The notes: a model not told the origin generated them from the letters alone. A stretch of DNA of 63,251 bases, filler included, from Octopus bimaculoides (GCF_001194135.2; 4 parts of 4 records of this genome joined end to end with filler, not necessarily neighbours in it); one strand, 5' to 3'. Shown: positions 1 through 13,602, numbered from the whole stretch's first letter. Translations and numbers: made by a program.

Positions 1-1860
1 AAATTTTAATATGTTTTGGCGGTGTTGTGCGTGGCTGGTTGTTTGTTTTGATGTCGTTATTTGTGATGTTTGTTTTAGAGTTGATGTATTTCATCAACTC
101 TGTGTTTGTAGTGTCTATTGCTGTTAGCATTGTTTTTGGTGTGTTGTTATGGGTGTCTATTATGTAGGAGTTGGGAGTGTTTTGGGGAGATGTGAATCTC
201 CCTGCTTTGTTGTTATTCGTTTTTCTTTTTTTGCTCCTCTTCCTCCTTCCTTTTTGGGCTATTTTCCATTCCTCATTACTTGACTCGTCTTCAGATGAAA
301 ACTCTGAGGAATCGGAAGGAGGTAGGGGCATGTTGTATGGATCTGTGTTTGCTTGTGTAAGTGGTTGTGTTGTTGTTTTTGAATTTTTGGTTGTGGTGTA
401 AGTGAAGTGGGGGAAGGGGTATCAGTTTTTGTATTGTCTTTTCTTTTTGCGTCTTCTTTGTTTGTTAATTTTGTAGTTTTTGTTGTATTTTCTTTCGTTG
501 ATGTTGTTAATGTTGCTTTTGTTGTTTTTTTTATGTGGATGGCGGTGTGGGCAGCAAGGCTTTTTTTATGTGTTTAGTTAGTTCTTGTTGTTGTTGTGTT
601 TTTCGGGCAGTCGGACACTCCTTTTTGAGGTGTGCCTCCCTGTCGCATAAGTAACAGCGAGGCCGTCTGCTCTCTACCACTATATGTAACTTTTGATTTG
701 TTGCCAAACGGATGTATGGTGGGATTTTTTTAATTTCTTGTTCGTTTGTGTGGAACAGGATTTGTATGTTTTTTCCCGTCCAGTTGCTTTCTCCAACGTT
801 TATTTTAAGTATGTTTATGTTGTCCATGTCGACACATATGTCTGATATCAACCATAGTGTGTCTATTGTTGGAGGTGCGTGCTTTATTGTTACCTTTGTT
901 ACCTTTTGGCGAAGGTAACTGGGTAACATTGTTATTTCTGGTGTGTGAAAAGTTAGCGTTGAATACCTCTTCGCCAACTCTTCATTTCGAAAAATCACCT
1001 GTACCTGTGCAAATCTATACCAAGTAATATATGATTTTTTATCCCAAATTGATTGCAAACATTTTTGAATTTTGTCTATACTGGCCTGTTCCGGCGTTCT
1101 ATTTTTAGTGTTTATTATTTTATATATTATTGTTTTTCTACTTGTTTCCTCTAATATGTGTTGTGGTGATGTTTAAGTGTATTTCACCGCTTTCTTTGGT
1201 GATTAATTTTCTCATTTCTATTATTTCTTTTGTTGTGTAGGACACAACAGTTTCATTTTGCTTCAAAGCTTCAGCAAAGTTTTTGTTTTTGTTATTGTTG
1301 TTATTGTTGTTACTGTTGCTGACACAGGTATTGGTGGCAGATGTGGTATTTGTGACTGTGTCAGTGGTGTTGTGGCTTGTATTCATTTTTCCTTCCTCTC
1401 TTTCGCTTGCTGCTGGTGAAGAGAGCAAAGGTTGAGTTGAACTGTTGCTGCTGCTGCTGCTGTTGTTGTTGTTGTTGGTGGTGGTGATGATGGCTTCAGC
1501 AGAAATGGTGTTGACGTCAGATACTTTGGAGACATCGTCTGTGTTCTGTTTTGTAACTTTGATTACGGTTTTGTTTTTGTTGTTGGTAGTGGTGGTGGCG
1601 GTGTTAACTTTCAAGTTAACACCTGCATCTGTGTGTGTGAATTCTTTTTTCTTTTTTTCCATTCTCTCGTTTAACTGTGAGGAAGGAAGACTAGGAAATT
1701 CTTTTCCGAAAAAAACACTGCAAAATTCAGCGTTCGTTTGACGAAATTTTTCATGGCTAGAAGACGCCATCGTCTCAAAATAAAAATGGCTAGAAAGCCG
1801 AAATTGATTTTTAAAACCTGGAAATGTGCCACACAGGGTAGATTTCCGATGCAAAAACTT
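1..1860 (-). mobile_element. Decayed LINE ORF1 (gag-like, CCHC zinc knuckle), probably Tx1/L1 clade; element runs off the left edge of the window
   Basis: ORF 531-1058 contains RPRCYLCDREAHLKKEC (C-x2-C-x4-H-x4-C). ORF 1138-1854 joins it by a 1-nt frameshift near 1140-1175; the frame HILEETSRKTIIYKIINTKNRTPEQASIDKIQKCLQSIWDKK is open up to the 531-1058 ORF. After further frameshifts an acidic/basic tail (DSSEFSSEDESSNEEWKIAQKGRRKRRSKKK) stays open to base 1. Clade is inferred. Confidence 0.75.
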
Positions 1861-2712
1861 GCAATATTAGAAATGTTTCCGTAACCAACAACCTAATTCT
1901 GAGATAAGTTCTATTAAGTATGGAGGTACTTTCTGCTAATATTTTATTATATACCTTTTTTTTTACAGAATGTGATGTAATGTGCTGAATTGTTCTTCAG
2001 TTCAAATGCATAGTGAGTAAGATACCAAAATATTAACAAAAATTTCTAGAATAATTTATAAAATTGTCCCCCAAATTACATGATAGATTACGTAAGCAAT
2101 ATTATAACACAAGACTACAATAGGTAGTATACACGAGAAATGTGCCACTCTGAACGCAATCGAACACAATCGAACGTGCTGCTCAGATCTAGTAATCTCC
2201 GCCGGAGCTGGTTCCTGTCACACTCTAGAACGATGTTAGCATAAGACTTTTGCAGGCTATGTACAGATCTGTAACTGTGCGCTTCCATCTGGAGGAATTT
2301 CAGCCCATGGAATGACAAATAGGGTCACCACGAAGAAACATCTGTACATCATTGGATCTAGGTAATGAACATTTGTACAACATGAGTACAACTCTAAACC
2401 TCAGTGATTAGAACCTAGTGACAGGCCAAAGCGAGACGACTAGACATCACGTAAAATTACAGATTTTGTATTAGTTTCGCTCACATAGAGGAAAGCTGAA
2501 AAGAATTGGGGGTCTGTCATTCCTCAAAATCCAGAAACTCTCAAACAGGCCTCCTCTAACGAATACAGTTCAAAGTCATTCTCAGGAGAAATTTATATAC
2601 ATGTACATACATGGATACATAAGTAATATGTACACACACACGCACGTATTTATTTTCATGTTTGTATGTGTGACGGCAAATTTATATATATATANNNNNN
2701 NNNNTGTATATA

Positions 2713-3558
2713 TATATTACATACATATAAGAGGGATGACCACTAAGTGGAGATCAATTTCGCTAGAAGTAGACCACCTATGGTTTCACCACTAAGAAAA
2801 TATTGTTCTCAAGATAATTCAGCAAACACCAGAACGTAAGCGAGCAAGACAAATGAAAAGATACAAAATATAAGGATTAATCGTAGACTGCTTTCGTTGT
2901 CACCACTTACGTAATTACTTACGTAATTGTCCCCAACTATTCAGTATGATCGTCTTGGCAATATTATTTGCAGAACTATACCCGAGATGTTCGTATGACA
3001 TTGAACATATATATAGATCTACCAATTACATTTGGGGTTATATATCAAAAGTCTTCGTTCTGGTGCGCCAAATACCGGAAATAATTCTGCAGAGAATAAT
3101 TATCTGCAGTGAATTTTGCCAGTTAGAGAATATGGTTAGTTATATTCAAATAATAAGGGTGAAAAATTGAATATTAATTTGATTAATATCACTTTAAAAC
3201 CAGTGGCCTAGCAAATTGAAAAAATCTGAAGATTCAAAAAGATTTGGTACTCCAGCATGACCACAGCCACTTGACTGAAACCCATAAATACATAAATACA
3301 TATAAGAAGGATGACCACTAAGTGGACATCCATTTTGCTAAAAATAAACTACCTATGGTCTGACCACTAAGAAAAGATTGTTCTCAAGAAAATTCAGCAA
3401 ACGCAAGAACTTCTAGCAAAATAGATGGCCACTTAGTGGTCATCCCTCTTATATGTATGTAATATAATTTTTCTGAATTTTCAGATTTTTTCAATTTGCT
3501 AAGCCACTGGTTTTAAATTGATATTAATCAAATTAATATTCAAATTTTCACCCTTATT
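2713..3558 (-). mobile_element. Orphan PLE-type pseudo-LTR: ~525-bp unit, partial tandem copy and inverted copy
   Basis: 2721-2835 is repeated directly at 3296-3410. 3152-3345 is inverted at 3411-3558, which runs into an N gap. A ~50-bp SINE tail interrupts the direct arm at 3245-3295. The left end abuts (TA)n. A hammerhead-like motif lies at 2880-2950. Confidence 0.65.
2880..2950 (-). ncRNA. Degenerate type I hammerhead ribozyme motif
   Basis: Minus strand reads ATCATA-CTGAATA-GTTG...CAAC-GAAA-GCA-GTC-TACGAT. Stem I pairs 5 of 6 and stem II is GTTG/CAAC. The core has G8>U, stem III is mismatched, and loop II carries a 12-nt duplication (AATTACGTAAGT x2). Confidence 0.5.
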
Positions 3559-4822
3559 NNNNNNNNNNNNNNNNNNNNNNNNNNNNNNNNNNNNNNNNNN
3601 NNNNNNNNNNNNNNNNNNNNNNNNNNNNNNNNNNNNNNNNNNNNNNNNNNNNNNNNNNNNNNNNNNNNNNNNNNNNNNNNNNNNNNNNNNNNNNNNNNNN
3701 NNNNNNNNNNNNNNNNNNNNNNNNNNNNNNNNNNNNNNNNNNNNNNNNNNNNNNNNNNNNNNNNNNNNNNNNNNNNNNNNNNNNNNNNNNNNNNNNNNNN
3801 NNNNNNNNNNNNNNNNNNNNNNNNNNNNNNNNNNNNNNNNNNNNNNNNNNNNNNNNNNNNNNNNNNNNNNNNNNNNNNNNNNNNNNNNNNNNNNNNNNNN
3901 NNNNNNNNNNNNNNNNNNNNNNNNNNNNNNNATATATATATATGAATGTAGACACACAGACAGACAGACAGACAGATAGACAGATAGATAGATAGATACA
4001 ACAGAAAATATAGTTTCTTTGTACATGTTAGCGAGTGGAGTCAGACGTGTTTGATTTTCATATCAGTTTTCATCAACAATAAAATAGGTTGTATTTATGT
4101 TTAAGTTCCTTTCCTGCCCTAACTGTATAGTGCTCTTTATATCTCTAAATATTAAACAAAAAGAAACATTTTAACGGGTGTCTGTAATTTTAACCATGAA
4201 AATTTTTCTAAATTCAATATCCTCTCTGCAAGCTATAAACTTAGAATTCGTACGCAAAGATGGAGACATTTATTTGTATTGTTGCATTAACTAACTTCCC
4301 TATGATTGTATTTAATAGTATATGTTTAACAAATATATACGTTTGTATGTTTTAATAACCTATTATAATAAAATTTAGTTATCATAATGTTTTGGTCTGA
4401 ATATAAATTCGCTTATTATGCAAATGAAAACACTTCTCATAATTGTTCCTTGTATAATATTAATGAATTGATTTAACTTTTCTTCTATACATTGCTTAGA
4501 TATCTAGCTAACGTATATATGCTCTTTGAACACTTATACCATACGATACATAAAATGGGTGCAGATATACATATATACGATATATGCGTTCAAACACAAT
4601 AAACAAACACCCAAACAGACAAACAAGCATACACACACGCACAAACACACACACACACATATATATTTATATATGTATGTGTGTGCAAACTCCGGCTTTT
4701 CGTATTCAATGCAATTTTTCGATGTTATTTCATATAGCTTTATATGTTCCAATATTCAGCGTTTCAAAAAAATCATATCACGTTCACTAAGTTATTATGA
4801 TGTCAGCAATATATACTATACT

Positions 4823-5199
4823 ATAGGAGCAGGAATACCTGTGTGGTAAGAAGCTTGCTTTCCAACCACATGGTTCAGGGTTCAGTCCCAATGTGTGGCA
4901 CCTNNNNNNNNNNNNNNNNNNNNNNNNNNNNNNNNNNNNNNNNNNNNNNNNNNNNNNNNNNNNNNNNNNNNNNNNNNNNNNNNNNNNNNNNNNNNNNNNN
5001 NNNNNNNNNNNNNNNNNNNNNNNNNNNNNNNNNNNNNNNNNNNNNNNNNNNNNNNNNNNNNNNNNNNNNNNNNNNNNNNNNNNNNNNNNNNNNNNNNNNN
5101 NNNNNNNNNNNNNNNNNNNNNNNNNNNNNNNNNNNNNNNNNNNNNNNNNNNNNNNNNNNNNNNNNNNNNNNNNNNNNNNNNNNNNNNNNNNNNNNNNNN

Positions 5200-5241
<42 letters not shown>

Positions 5242-5600
5242 CGTGTGTGTGTGTGTGTGCGTGTGTGTATATATATATACATATATATATATACGATTTG
5301 TTCGACTAAAAGGCGGTGATCCGGCGTGACCGAAGGCAAGTGGCTGAAACATGTATAGAAGTAAAATAATATGTATATATATTTATCTGTGTCGTTGTGT
5401 CTGTCTTTTACCCCCCACCATCGCTTGACAACAGATGTTGGTCCTTTACGTACATGTAATCTAGGGGTTCTGTAACAATTAACCCATGCAATAAGTACCA
5501 GTCTCACAATGAATAAGCCCTGGAGTCATAAAGAATAAGTCACGCGGCGCTCCAGCGTGGACATAGTCAAATGATTTGATCAAGTAAAAGAAAAAAAAAG
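4823..5600 (+). mobile_element. tRNA-derived SINE, family B (head GGCGCAGG..TGTGTGGTAAGAAGCTTGCT); spans an N gap and may be more than one copy
   Basis: tRNA-like head with A/B boxes at 4823-4903. Tail motifs AATAAGTACC, CTCCAGC-TGG and CAGTCAAATGA at 5390-5600, plus a second tail fragment at 5295-5370. Confidence 0.75.
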
Positions 5601-5605
5601 ACTAA

Positions 5606-5685
<80 letters not shown>

Positions 5686-5744
5686 TTGTGTGTGTGTTTG
5701 TATGTATATATATATATAACATGCCTATTTATTTTAATATGGGG

Positions 5745-6145
5745 TAGGACTGACTTTGGCAGTAATTACAACTTGAATTCTACGAGGTTTGGATTCGTAC
5801 AAAGTTTGAATTGCATCCAAAGAGATTTTGTCCATTCTTCGGCTAAAACCGTCTCCAGTTCTTGTCGTGATGATGGTGGAGGAGGTCGAATCCTAACTTG
5901 CTTTTCAAAAATGCACCATAAATGTTCAATAATATTGAGATCTGAGCACTGTGGTGGCCAGATAAGATGTTCAACTTCACTAGAATATTCCTCGTGTCAT
6001 TTAGTAATAATTTTAGCTGGGTGAAATGGTGTATCATCATCCTGAAAGATTGCGTTTCCCTCGGAAACAGTTCCGCAACCATAGGATAAATTTGAGCACA
6101 TAAAATGCTTAAATAGTCTTGACTATTAATTCTGCCATGAAAGGA
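5745..6145 (-). mobile_element. Tc1-superfamily transposase remnant, DD36E spacing
   Basis: Frameshift-corrected translation: FHGRINSQDYLSILCAQIYPMVAELFP/EGNAIFQDDDTPFHPAKIITK*HEEYSSEVEHLIWPPQCSDLNIIEHLWCIFEKQVR. There are 36 residues between the second catalytic D and E. Confidence 0.85.
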
Positions 6146-6217
6146 AGCCGTTGTTGGCGAACCCTGCTGTACTCTTTCACCAAAACTTTCTCTTATTCTT
6201 TCGTCCTCTTTCTGTTT

Positions 6218-6400
6218 TACCTGTATTTCAAAGGGCCAGTCTTGTAATACTCTGCGTTACGCTAAATCTCCTCGAGAACTACGTTAAGGGTACACGTGTC
6301 TGTGGAGTGCTCAGCCACTTCCAAGTTAATTTCATGAGCAGGCTATTTCGTTGAGCGAATCAACTGAAACCCTCGTCGTCGTGACCGACCAAGTGCCACG
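6218..6400 (+). mobile_element. SINE family C, 3' part
   Basis: TACCTGTATTTCAAAGGGCCAG...CCCTCGTCGTCGTGACCGAC recognised as the tail of the family whose head is at 35404. The head ends GAGTTGTA and this piece begins TACCTG. Confidence 0.6.
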
Positions 6401-7715
6401 ATATATATANNNNNNNNNNNNNNNNNNNNNNNNNNNNNNNNNNNNNNNNNNNNNNNNNNNNNNNNNNNNNNNNNNNNNNNNNNNNNNNNNNNNNNNNNNN
6501 NNNNNNNNNNNNNNNNNNNNNNNNNNNNNNNNNNNNNNNNNNNNNNNNNNNNNNNNNNNNNNNNNNNNNNNNNNNNNNNNNNNNNNNNNNNNNNNNNNNN
6601 NNNNNNNNNNNNNNNNNNNNNNNNNNNNNNNNNNNNNNNNNNNNNNNNNNNNNNNNNNNNNNNNNNNNNNNNNNNNNNNNNNNNNNNNNNNNNNNNNNNN
6701 NNNNNNNNNNNNNNNNNNNNNNNNNNNNNNNNNNNNNNNNNNNNNNNNNNNNNNNNNNNNNNNNNNNNNNNNNNNNNNNNNNNNNNNNNNNNNNNNNNNN
6801 NNNNNNNNNNNNNNNNNNNNNNNNNNNNNNNNNNNNNNNNNNNNNNNNNNNNNNNNNNNNNNNNNNNNNNNNNNNNNNNNNNNNNNNNNNNNNNNNNNNN
6901 NNNNNNNNNNNNNNNNNNNNNNNNNNNNNNNNNNNNNNNNNNNNNNNNNNNNNNNNNNNNNNNNNNNNNNNNNNNNNNNNNNNNNNNNNNNNNNNNNNNN
7001 NNNNNNNNNNNNNNNNNNNNNNNNNNNNNNNNNNNNNNNNNNNNNNNNNNNNNNNNNNNNNNNNNNNNNNNNNNNNNNNNTGTGTGTGTGTCTGTGTGTG
7101 TGTGTGTGTGTGCATACGTACGTAGGTATGTACACATATTTACACATATGTATGTGTGCATGAATGTATGTATGTATGTATATATACATAGATCCCATAG
7201 GAATTTCAGCTAGCAAATTCTACTCACAATCCATTGATTGGTTAACCTCGGACTGCAGCAACAGACACTTCCCCCAAACACACACAAATACACACGTACA
7301 TAAACACACATGCACACATATACAAAAACAATCGTGATATCGTACAATAAACAATTATTATTCACATTAAAATGGACGATACCACTTTTGGATAGAAAGA
7401 GAGAGAAAGAAGGCCAGGTGACTGATGAGCTCATGAATGGTCATGAATGGATTCCGACAAACCAAGAAACTGTTTGATTGACCAGACGATTAGTCAAATA
7501 ATCGATGTCTTAATTGATTAGTTAATTAATTATTTGATTTCTAGTAATAAAAAGAAGTGTAATGGAATGTGTGTGTATTTTATTAGCAAAATAACCTTTC
7601 TGAGATGCAAATGCTCTTTCAACTTACATCATATTAAGAATATTAGAAACCGAATAAGAATACAAATTACACCCACGCATACAAACATACATACACACAC
7701 CTATACACATAAATG

Positions 7716-7804
<89 letters not shown>

Positions 7805-7824
7805 AAATATATATATATATATAT
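7716..7824. repeat. (TA)n microsatellite within a TA/CA-rich tract
   Basis: Directly visible. Confidence 0.95.
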
Positions 7825-10299
7825 ACGCACGCATACTTAAATATAAACATGCGTGATTGTCTGTGCAAGTATGAATAAATGTACGCGTATATAGATATAT
7901 AGACATAGGTATATATGTTTGTGTTTGTAAATGCATATATATACACACGCATATATATTAACATATATGCATATACACACATACATGCACATGCACACAT
8001 ACATACATACGTGCATAATACAGACATACATACATATACATATAGTTTATAAGTACTGTTAGCCATATTTTAAAATTTATTTATGAGCTGTCATGCTTTT
8101 CCGTCTATTAAGTATATTTTAATTATTGTCATCACATTTTAATACTGTTCTTTAATGCAATATATTATCATTATCTTCTAGAATAGCAATTTACTTCTGT
8201 TTACTAAATTCTGAGTGGAGCGTGAATCTCTTGAACATTTTCTCATATAGTTTTCGTCTCAATTTTTTTTTCACACTTACCTTCAACTCAAACGATTTCA
8301 AAATCAATGTGAGACATAATGTTTGCATACAACAATTTATCCATCTAAATTTCTTTTTTTATCATTTGTAGCTTCGTATAAATATAATTCTAGACTAATG
8401 TTCTTCAGCTTAAGCTGTATTTGAATGTATTTTGTCTATTAACTATTTTAAATCTCTACGTTTCTGAAGTATACGGTCGTTTTCTTTGTACTCAACCTTT
8501 CAATGCCAAGACAAAATGCTACTGCCCAGAGCATCAACGTTTCAGAAAATACAGTGCAGAAGATAAACCTTGTAAAAGTGAAATACATAAAGCTCTGGAA
8601 ACGAGTGCGGTTCCGGCTTCCGACGAATCTCTTTAATTCAGTTCAAGCGACTACCACGATCCCTTCCGTCATGTCTGTTAAGAAACTTTAAATACATTCT
8701 TTCAAAGCTATCGGTTTGACAACTGACACGCATCGTTTCTCTGAAAGTCAAGTGTATATGAACTATTGCAAAATAGGTAAAGAAAAAAAACACGTTCGTA
8801 TATTAACGTGATGACATTGGATTAGATGAAAATTGTGTTTACAGAGAAGCTGTAAAACCGAGGAAATTATAAATTGTATTATTCACTGAAGAATATAGTA
8901 CACCATCTGACGGTCAACAGATGCATCAAAAATAATAGGTTGTTAACCAATTCACTTCTAACGATATTCAAAACATTCAGCTGCAGCTGCAACAATATAC
9001 AACGACAAAGATCAATATAGTCTTGAAGAATCTTCTTTCTTGTTGCACCAATGAGGAAATTTCTGTCTGATAGGTTGAACTGCTAGAAATATCAACAAAA
9101 CTACCTCGAATCACACCGTAACGAAAATAGGAATGCCATATTTTATCGACTAGACTGTTAATCATCTCGTGGTAGATTTGAAACACTGTCTGAGAAATAG
9201 AGTGAGGTGATTTCAATGCCTACTGGATCACAGCTGATATGAGGTCAAACAAAAGTATAGCATCCTGATTCCTCCAAATTTAATAACAACAGAGAAACAT
9301 TTAGCTCCACAAAAAAATACATCACAAAAATTTCAATTTACTCCTGAAAATTGAAATTCTTGTGTAATACAAATTATGGAAGCTCACTATAACCTTCAAG
9401 ATTCCTTCATGAACTATTTATTGCCTTATGAACTGCGAATGTTAGGAAACTATAAAAGAACTACCGATAACTGCACTCCATATAATGTGCCAAGCACATG
9501 TCTCATGTCTCGTTTATCCCTATACACGGATAAATAAATAAAAAATAATCAGTTTTCTTGCCCGGAACTGACTTTCACTGAATCCCACCTGAAACAAGAA
9601 TGAAGTTAAGACTTTTTAAAAGGTGAAAATCGAGGAATATTAACAAACCGTACATTAAAACTGGAAAGGTCATGTGGTGCATACAATCCATACAATAATA
9701 CATCTATTCATTCTTAATAGGTTCTGGCGGATTCAAACGTGAATATCTGATCACTGTTGTTATACGTTATCGGAGAATATCTACCTTAAAGTGGTGAGTG
9801 TTCATATCAAATATAGTTCAATAGCGTAACGGGTCTTCGACACACTACGATTTTTCGAGCTAGATGTGTATCTCTTCACTAAAACTCATCACGCCGGAGC
9901 GATGAATATAACCAGATGTGGGGTTCATATTTATAAAAATCAGTTTATTGGGCTTGGTAGACATCAGCTGGCATCAGCTGGCATCAGCAAAAATAAGTTT
10001 CGGATTATATTACTGATTGCGCTCTAGATTCTAATGCGAATAAATAAGATCTTGTGAATTTGTTAGGTTCCATAAGGAAAAATGTGAGTATATTTAATGT
10101 CAGAAATATTAAATGTACTCATGTTGGGGCATTATTTCCTCCACCTGGTATTGTGTATTGTCTAACAAAAAGATCGTGTCGGAATAGAATATTCGAATTT
10201 TCATTTTGGATCAGCGTCTACTTAATGGGAACTGTCTTTCACTTATATAAAGGACATTATTGACATTTTTGCAAGTCAAAACTAGGTGTATTTTTTTCC

Positions 10300-11600
10300 T
10301 GAAATACTTATTTTATAATTTTTGTTTTACCTTCAATTGCAATTCTTTGAAATGCTGCAGGCCAATTTCTTGGCAACATGGCCATGAAGAACCTTTTGTT
10401 GGTGCTGAGCGTATTTCTATTCCAAAGTTAGTTGTGGTAGATCTTTCTGGTAATTCTAGTGTTACAAGTGAAATTGTCGGTAACAAAGTGCTTTGTTAGT
10501 GATTTTACAGGCAATTAGCATTTTACATGCACACTCTGATAATTTGGTTGCTGTATATCTTTCATGTTGATGTTTCTGTTGCTTTTATAAAAGCTGCCTC
10601 GATTATAGCATGCAAGGCTAAAAACTATCTGGGCGGGTGTTTTCCATCTCTTCATTGAGACGGAACTTGCTGATATCACTATTTAAGCGAGAAAATCGTT
10701 TGATATTTTAATACCAAATATGACAAACAATTGTACCTCTACTCGTTTAGAGGTGAAGGAAATGAAAGATGAGAAGTGGTAAAAGAATTATCTGAGTACG
10801 ATACCTTTCTAAATTTTGTGTTATAATCATCTGTCACCCTGTGTTTGCTCTCATCATATATTTTGTTGATATCTCGGTAGCTGTCGTACACTGGTATAAA
10901 AGAGGCTGGTAAGTAGATGGTAATCGATATGAATGTTTTCAGCCTGGAAGGCCGATTTCTGTTGGTCATTGTTTAACTCTCAACTATATATCTTCCTTTT
11001 CGGTGGATTTCGCACCATTTATCAGCTGGAAAAGATTTTTTACAGTTAATTGTATTTAACATTATAGACATTTCCAAATGGACAAAGATGTTTTGGATTA
11101 TATTACTGATTATGTTGTAGGTCTTAATGTACAACTATTTGACCTGGTTGTACTTTGTGCAACAACGATAGAGAAGCACAGCTAATCTTTACCTTTAGAT
11201 AAATAGTTTCGAAATATTTGAAGCGTACGAAGCAATCTCAATCCTTTCATTTGCAAGTGTATCATAGTTGTGTAGCTAACATTATACTGATAAAGAAAAC
11301 TACACCAAAGTATTACAACAATATCCATTCTTTTCCTTAGATCCATTAATACTCAGTATAGTCCATTATATCCTCTGATGACGCGCTACGATTTGAGGAG
11401 GTTCTGTAATCACTTCAAGTGTGCCTTATGACAATATAGTTCCTTTGTTGGTTCCACATAATGTAGGTTGACAAGGTAAGTATGAAAGTTTTGTTGACAG
11501 CAACCAAGTAGGCGGGTAACTTTGCTAACTGCAGATGTTCTCACATGAATAAGTCAAAATCCCTTTCAGTAAGCACTCCGTGATGTCACTATTTTCTAAC
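10300..11600 (-). mobile_element. Very decayed RTE-like reverse transcriptase remnant
   Basis: Scattered motif-like peptides in the expected order on the minus strand: GTNKGTILS (~GVRQGCILS), IEI..RFKYF (~FKYLG), VLHGHVAK (~LRWFGHV.R). Many stops. Confidence 0.35.
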
Positions 11601-13512
11601 GTACAGATTCATACGTTACATATCCGCTTCTTATTTCTTTTAAACTACCTACACAACAATCACTTTCAATAATTAGGTAACATTTAATATACATATGTAA
11701 GTATGCCTGTTATCAATTACTTTTATGAACAGAAAGTTGGTTCCTAAAAACAAAGCTATATTGCTGAAACCCGAATTTAAAACAAAATAGATAAATAAAT
11801 CGAGTGTTGTTTTTCCTTATTTTAATAGTTCGCGTAATAGATTGTATCCATATAGCGCCCATTAGCTAATCGCTTCTTTTTCCTAGCTTTCCGAGCTTGT
11901 CGTAACCACATTTATTCATATATATCAATTATCATAGTTCACCAATAATTATAGTGACAAATGTGAATTTATCTAGGCTAGGAAGGTGTATATTTTTAGC
12001 CCTTTTCTATAAATATTCTATACTTTTCAATGATTTAGAAAAAAAATGAGCACAAAGGGCAGCTGGCTTCTCCGACACTATATAAGTTTTCTTTCTACCC
12101 CTAACAAATATATCAGGTTTGCACGTTCATGTGGACGTTTTAGTACGAATATTCTATGAATATTATTGTCATTGATCGTGTGCATGTATTCAGTAGCATA
12201 TGTATTTGTTACATCTAACAAAGAGTGGTCTTTTGTAACGATGACAATACTATATTCTTTTAGCAACATCATGCAATAATTGAAGGTAGTACCTTACTAA
12301 CAAATTTTGGCAGTTAGCAGGTACTGTCACGCTTGTAATACCATCAACAGAAATGCGATATAATTGGCATCAAGAAATTAATTCAGTCCTGTGGTAACAG
12401 ATGCCAGGAGATCATTGATAGTAAAGAGATTTTCACAAAATATTAATAGTAAGGGTTTCTTTTTTTTTTTTTTTCTTGTTCCATTTTTCTTTGTTTTTGT
12501 AAGTGACGCTTAACTTTTGGTCGCTGCAGTTTGGAAGATTCTTTACTTATTTCCTAATAACTCACGAAATATTTATTCCATTAACTTGAAAATTTCGCGA
12601 CAGATAGGTATTCTAGATATCTAAATATGTGTAAATTATCTAGTCTCAACGTTTTGTTCACCTTCTATAATAAATATTTAAATACACTTGTTCTTATCGA
12701 GCCTTATATTATGGCCGTTACTGTAATTCGGGAGTCATCAGGAAATAAGCACATTATGACGACTTCACTCCGGCTTTCAGTACGTCTTTTTTTACTTTTG
12801 AATACGTAGTATATTTATTTGCTGCTGTTTATTATGAAATGTTATGTAAATAATACCATGTGACATTTAAAGGCTTTCTACATTGTTTTTTTAGCTTAAT
12901 CCTTCTCTTTTCGCCTCCGCCTCCTCTTTTCTTCCGAGAGAGAGTCTTTCAATATTACTGTTTCTGTGGAAAATGTCGGGATTTTGCAGGATTTAATATC
13001 TGTCGACGGATTTCCTTTATAAATCAATCATGTATCATAAATTGTCATTAATGTTACTGTAAATGCATTGTGGGATATTGTTTTATTGCACGAGGAAAGC
13101 ACCGCTTGTCATATATCTTAAAGACTGAACATTTTTTTGTCGCTCCATTTTAGCAGCAAGTTAGATTGATATATTTTCATCAGTAGCAAGAAATGTTTAG
13201 CACCCAGAACAGAGGGAATAGAAATCCAATTGAACAAACGGTTTGGGTTTTGCAAATATTTTCAGAATTCTACGATCAATTATTCAAAATTCATTCCCTA
13301 CACCAGTAGGAAATACTGATGTTCATTCCAGCTGGTTATAAGAATTTGTGTCTCTTGCTGTTGTGAAACAGAACACATGACCGCTGGATGTTTTTTTTAA
13401 AAAGAAATAACTGTATTTAGTGCCAAAATAATCAGGCAGATTGTCTCCTTATCTTATTTCTATTAAAATATTTATAACATCGGCATTTCATGTGAAAATC
13501 GTTAACTTGAAT

Positions 13513-13555
13513 ACTATTACAACAACAACTACTACTACTACTGCTACTACTACTG

Positions 13556-13602
<47 letters not shown>

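Noticed and set aside
3499-7216. Long ORFs of 130-294 aa in the track here and at 52019-53191
   Set aside because: They consist mostly of X from N gaps plus CA/TA microsatellite translations.
7415-7490. CTGATGAG at 7422 as a hammerhead
   Set aside because: No stem II closing onto GAAA and no convincing stem I.
9000-9250. GDFNA motif suggesting an APE endonuclease remnant
   Set aside because: Single short motif amid stops; insufficient support.
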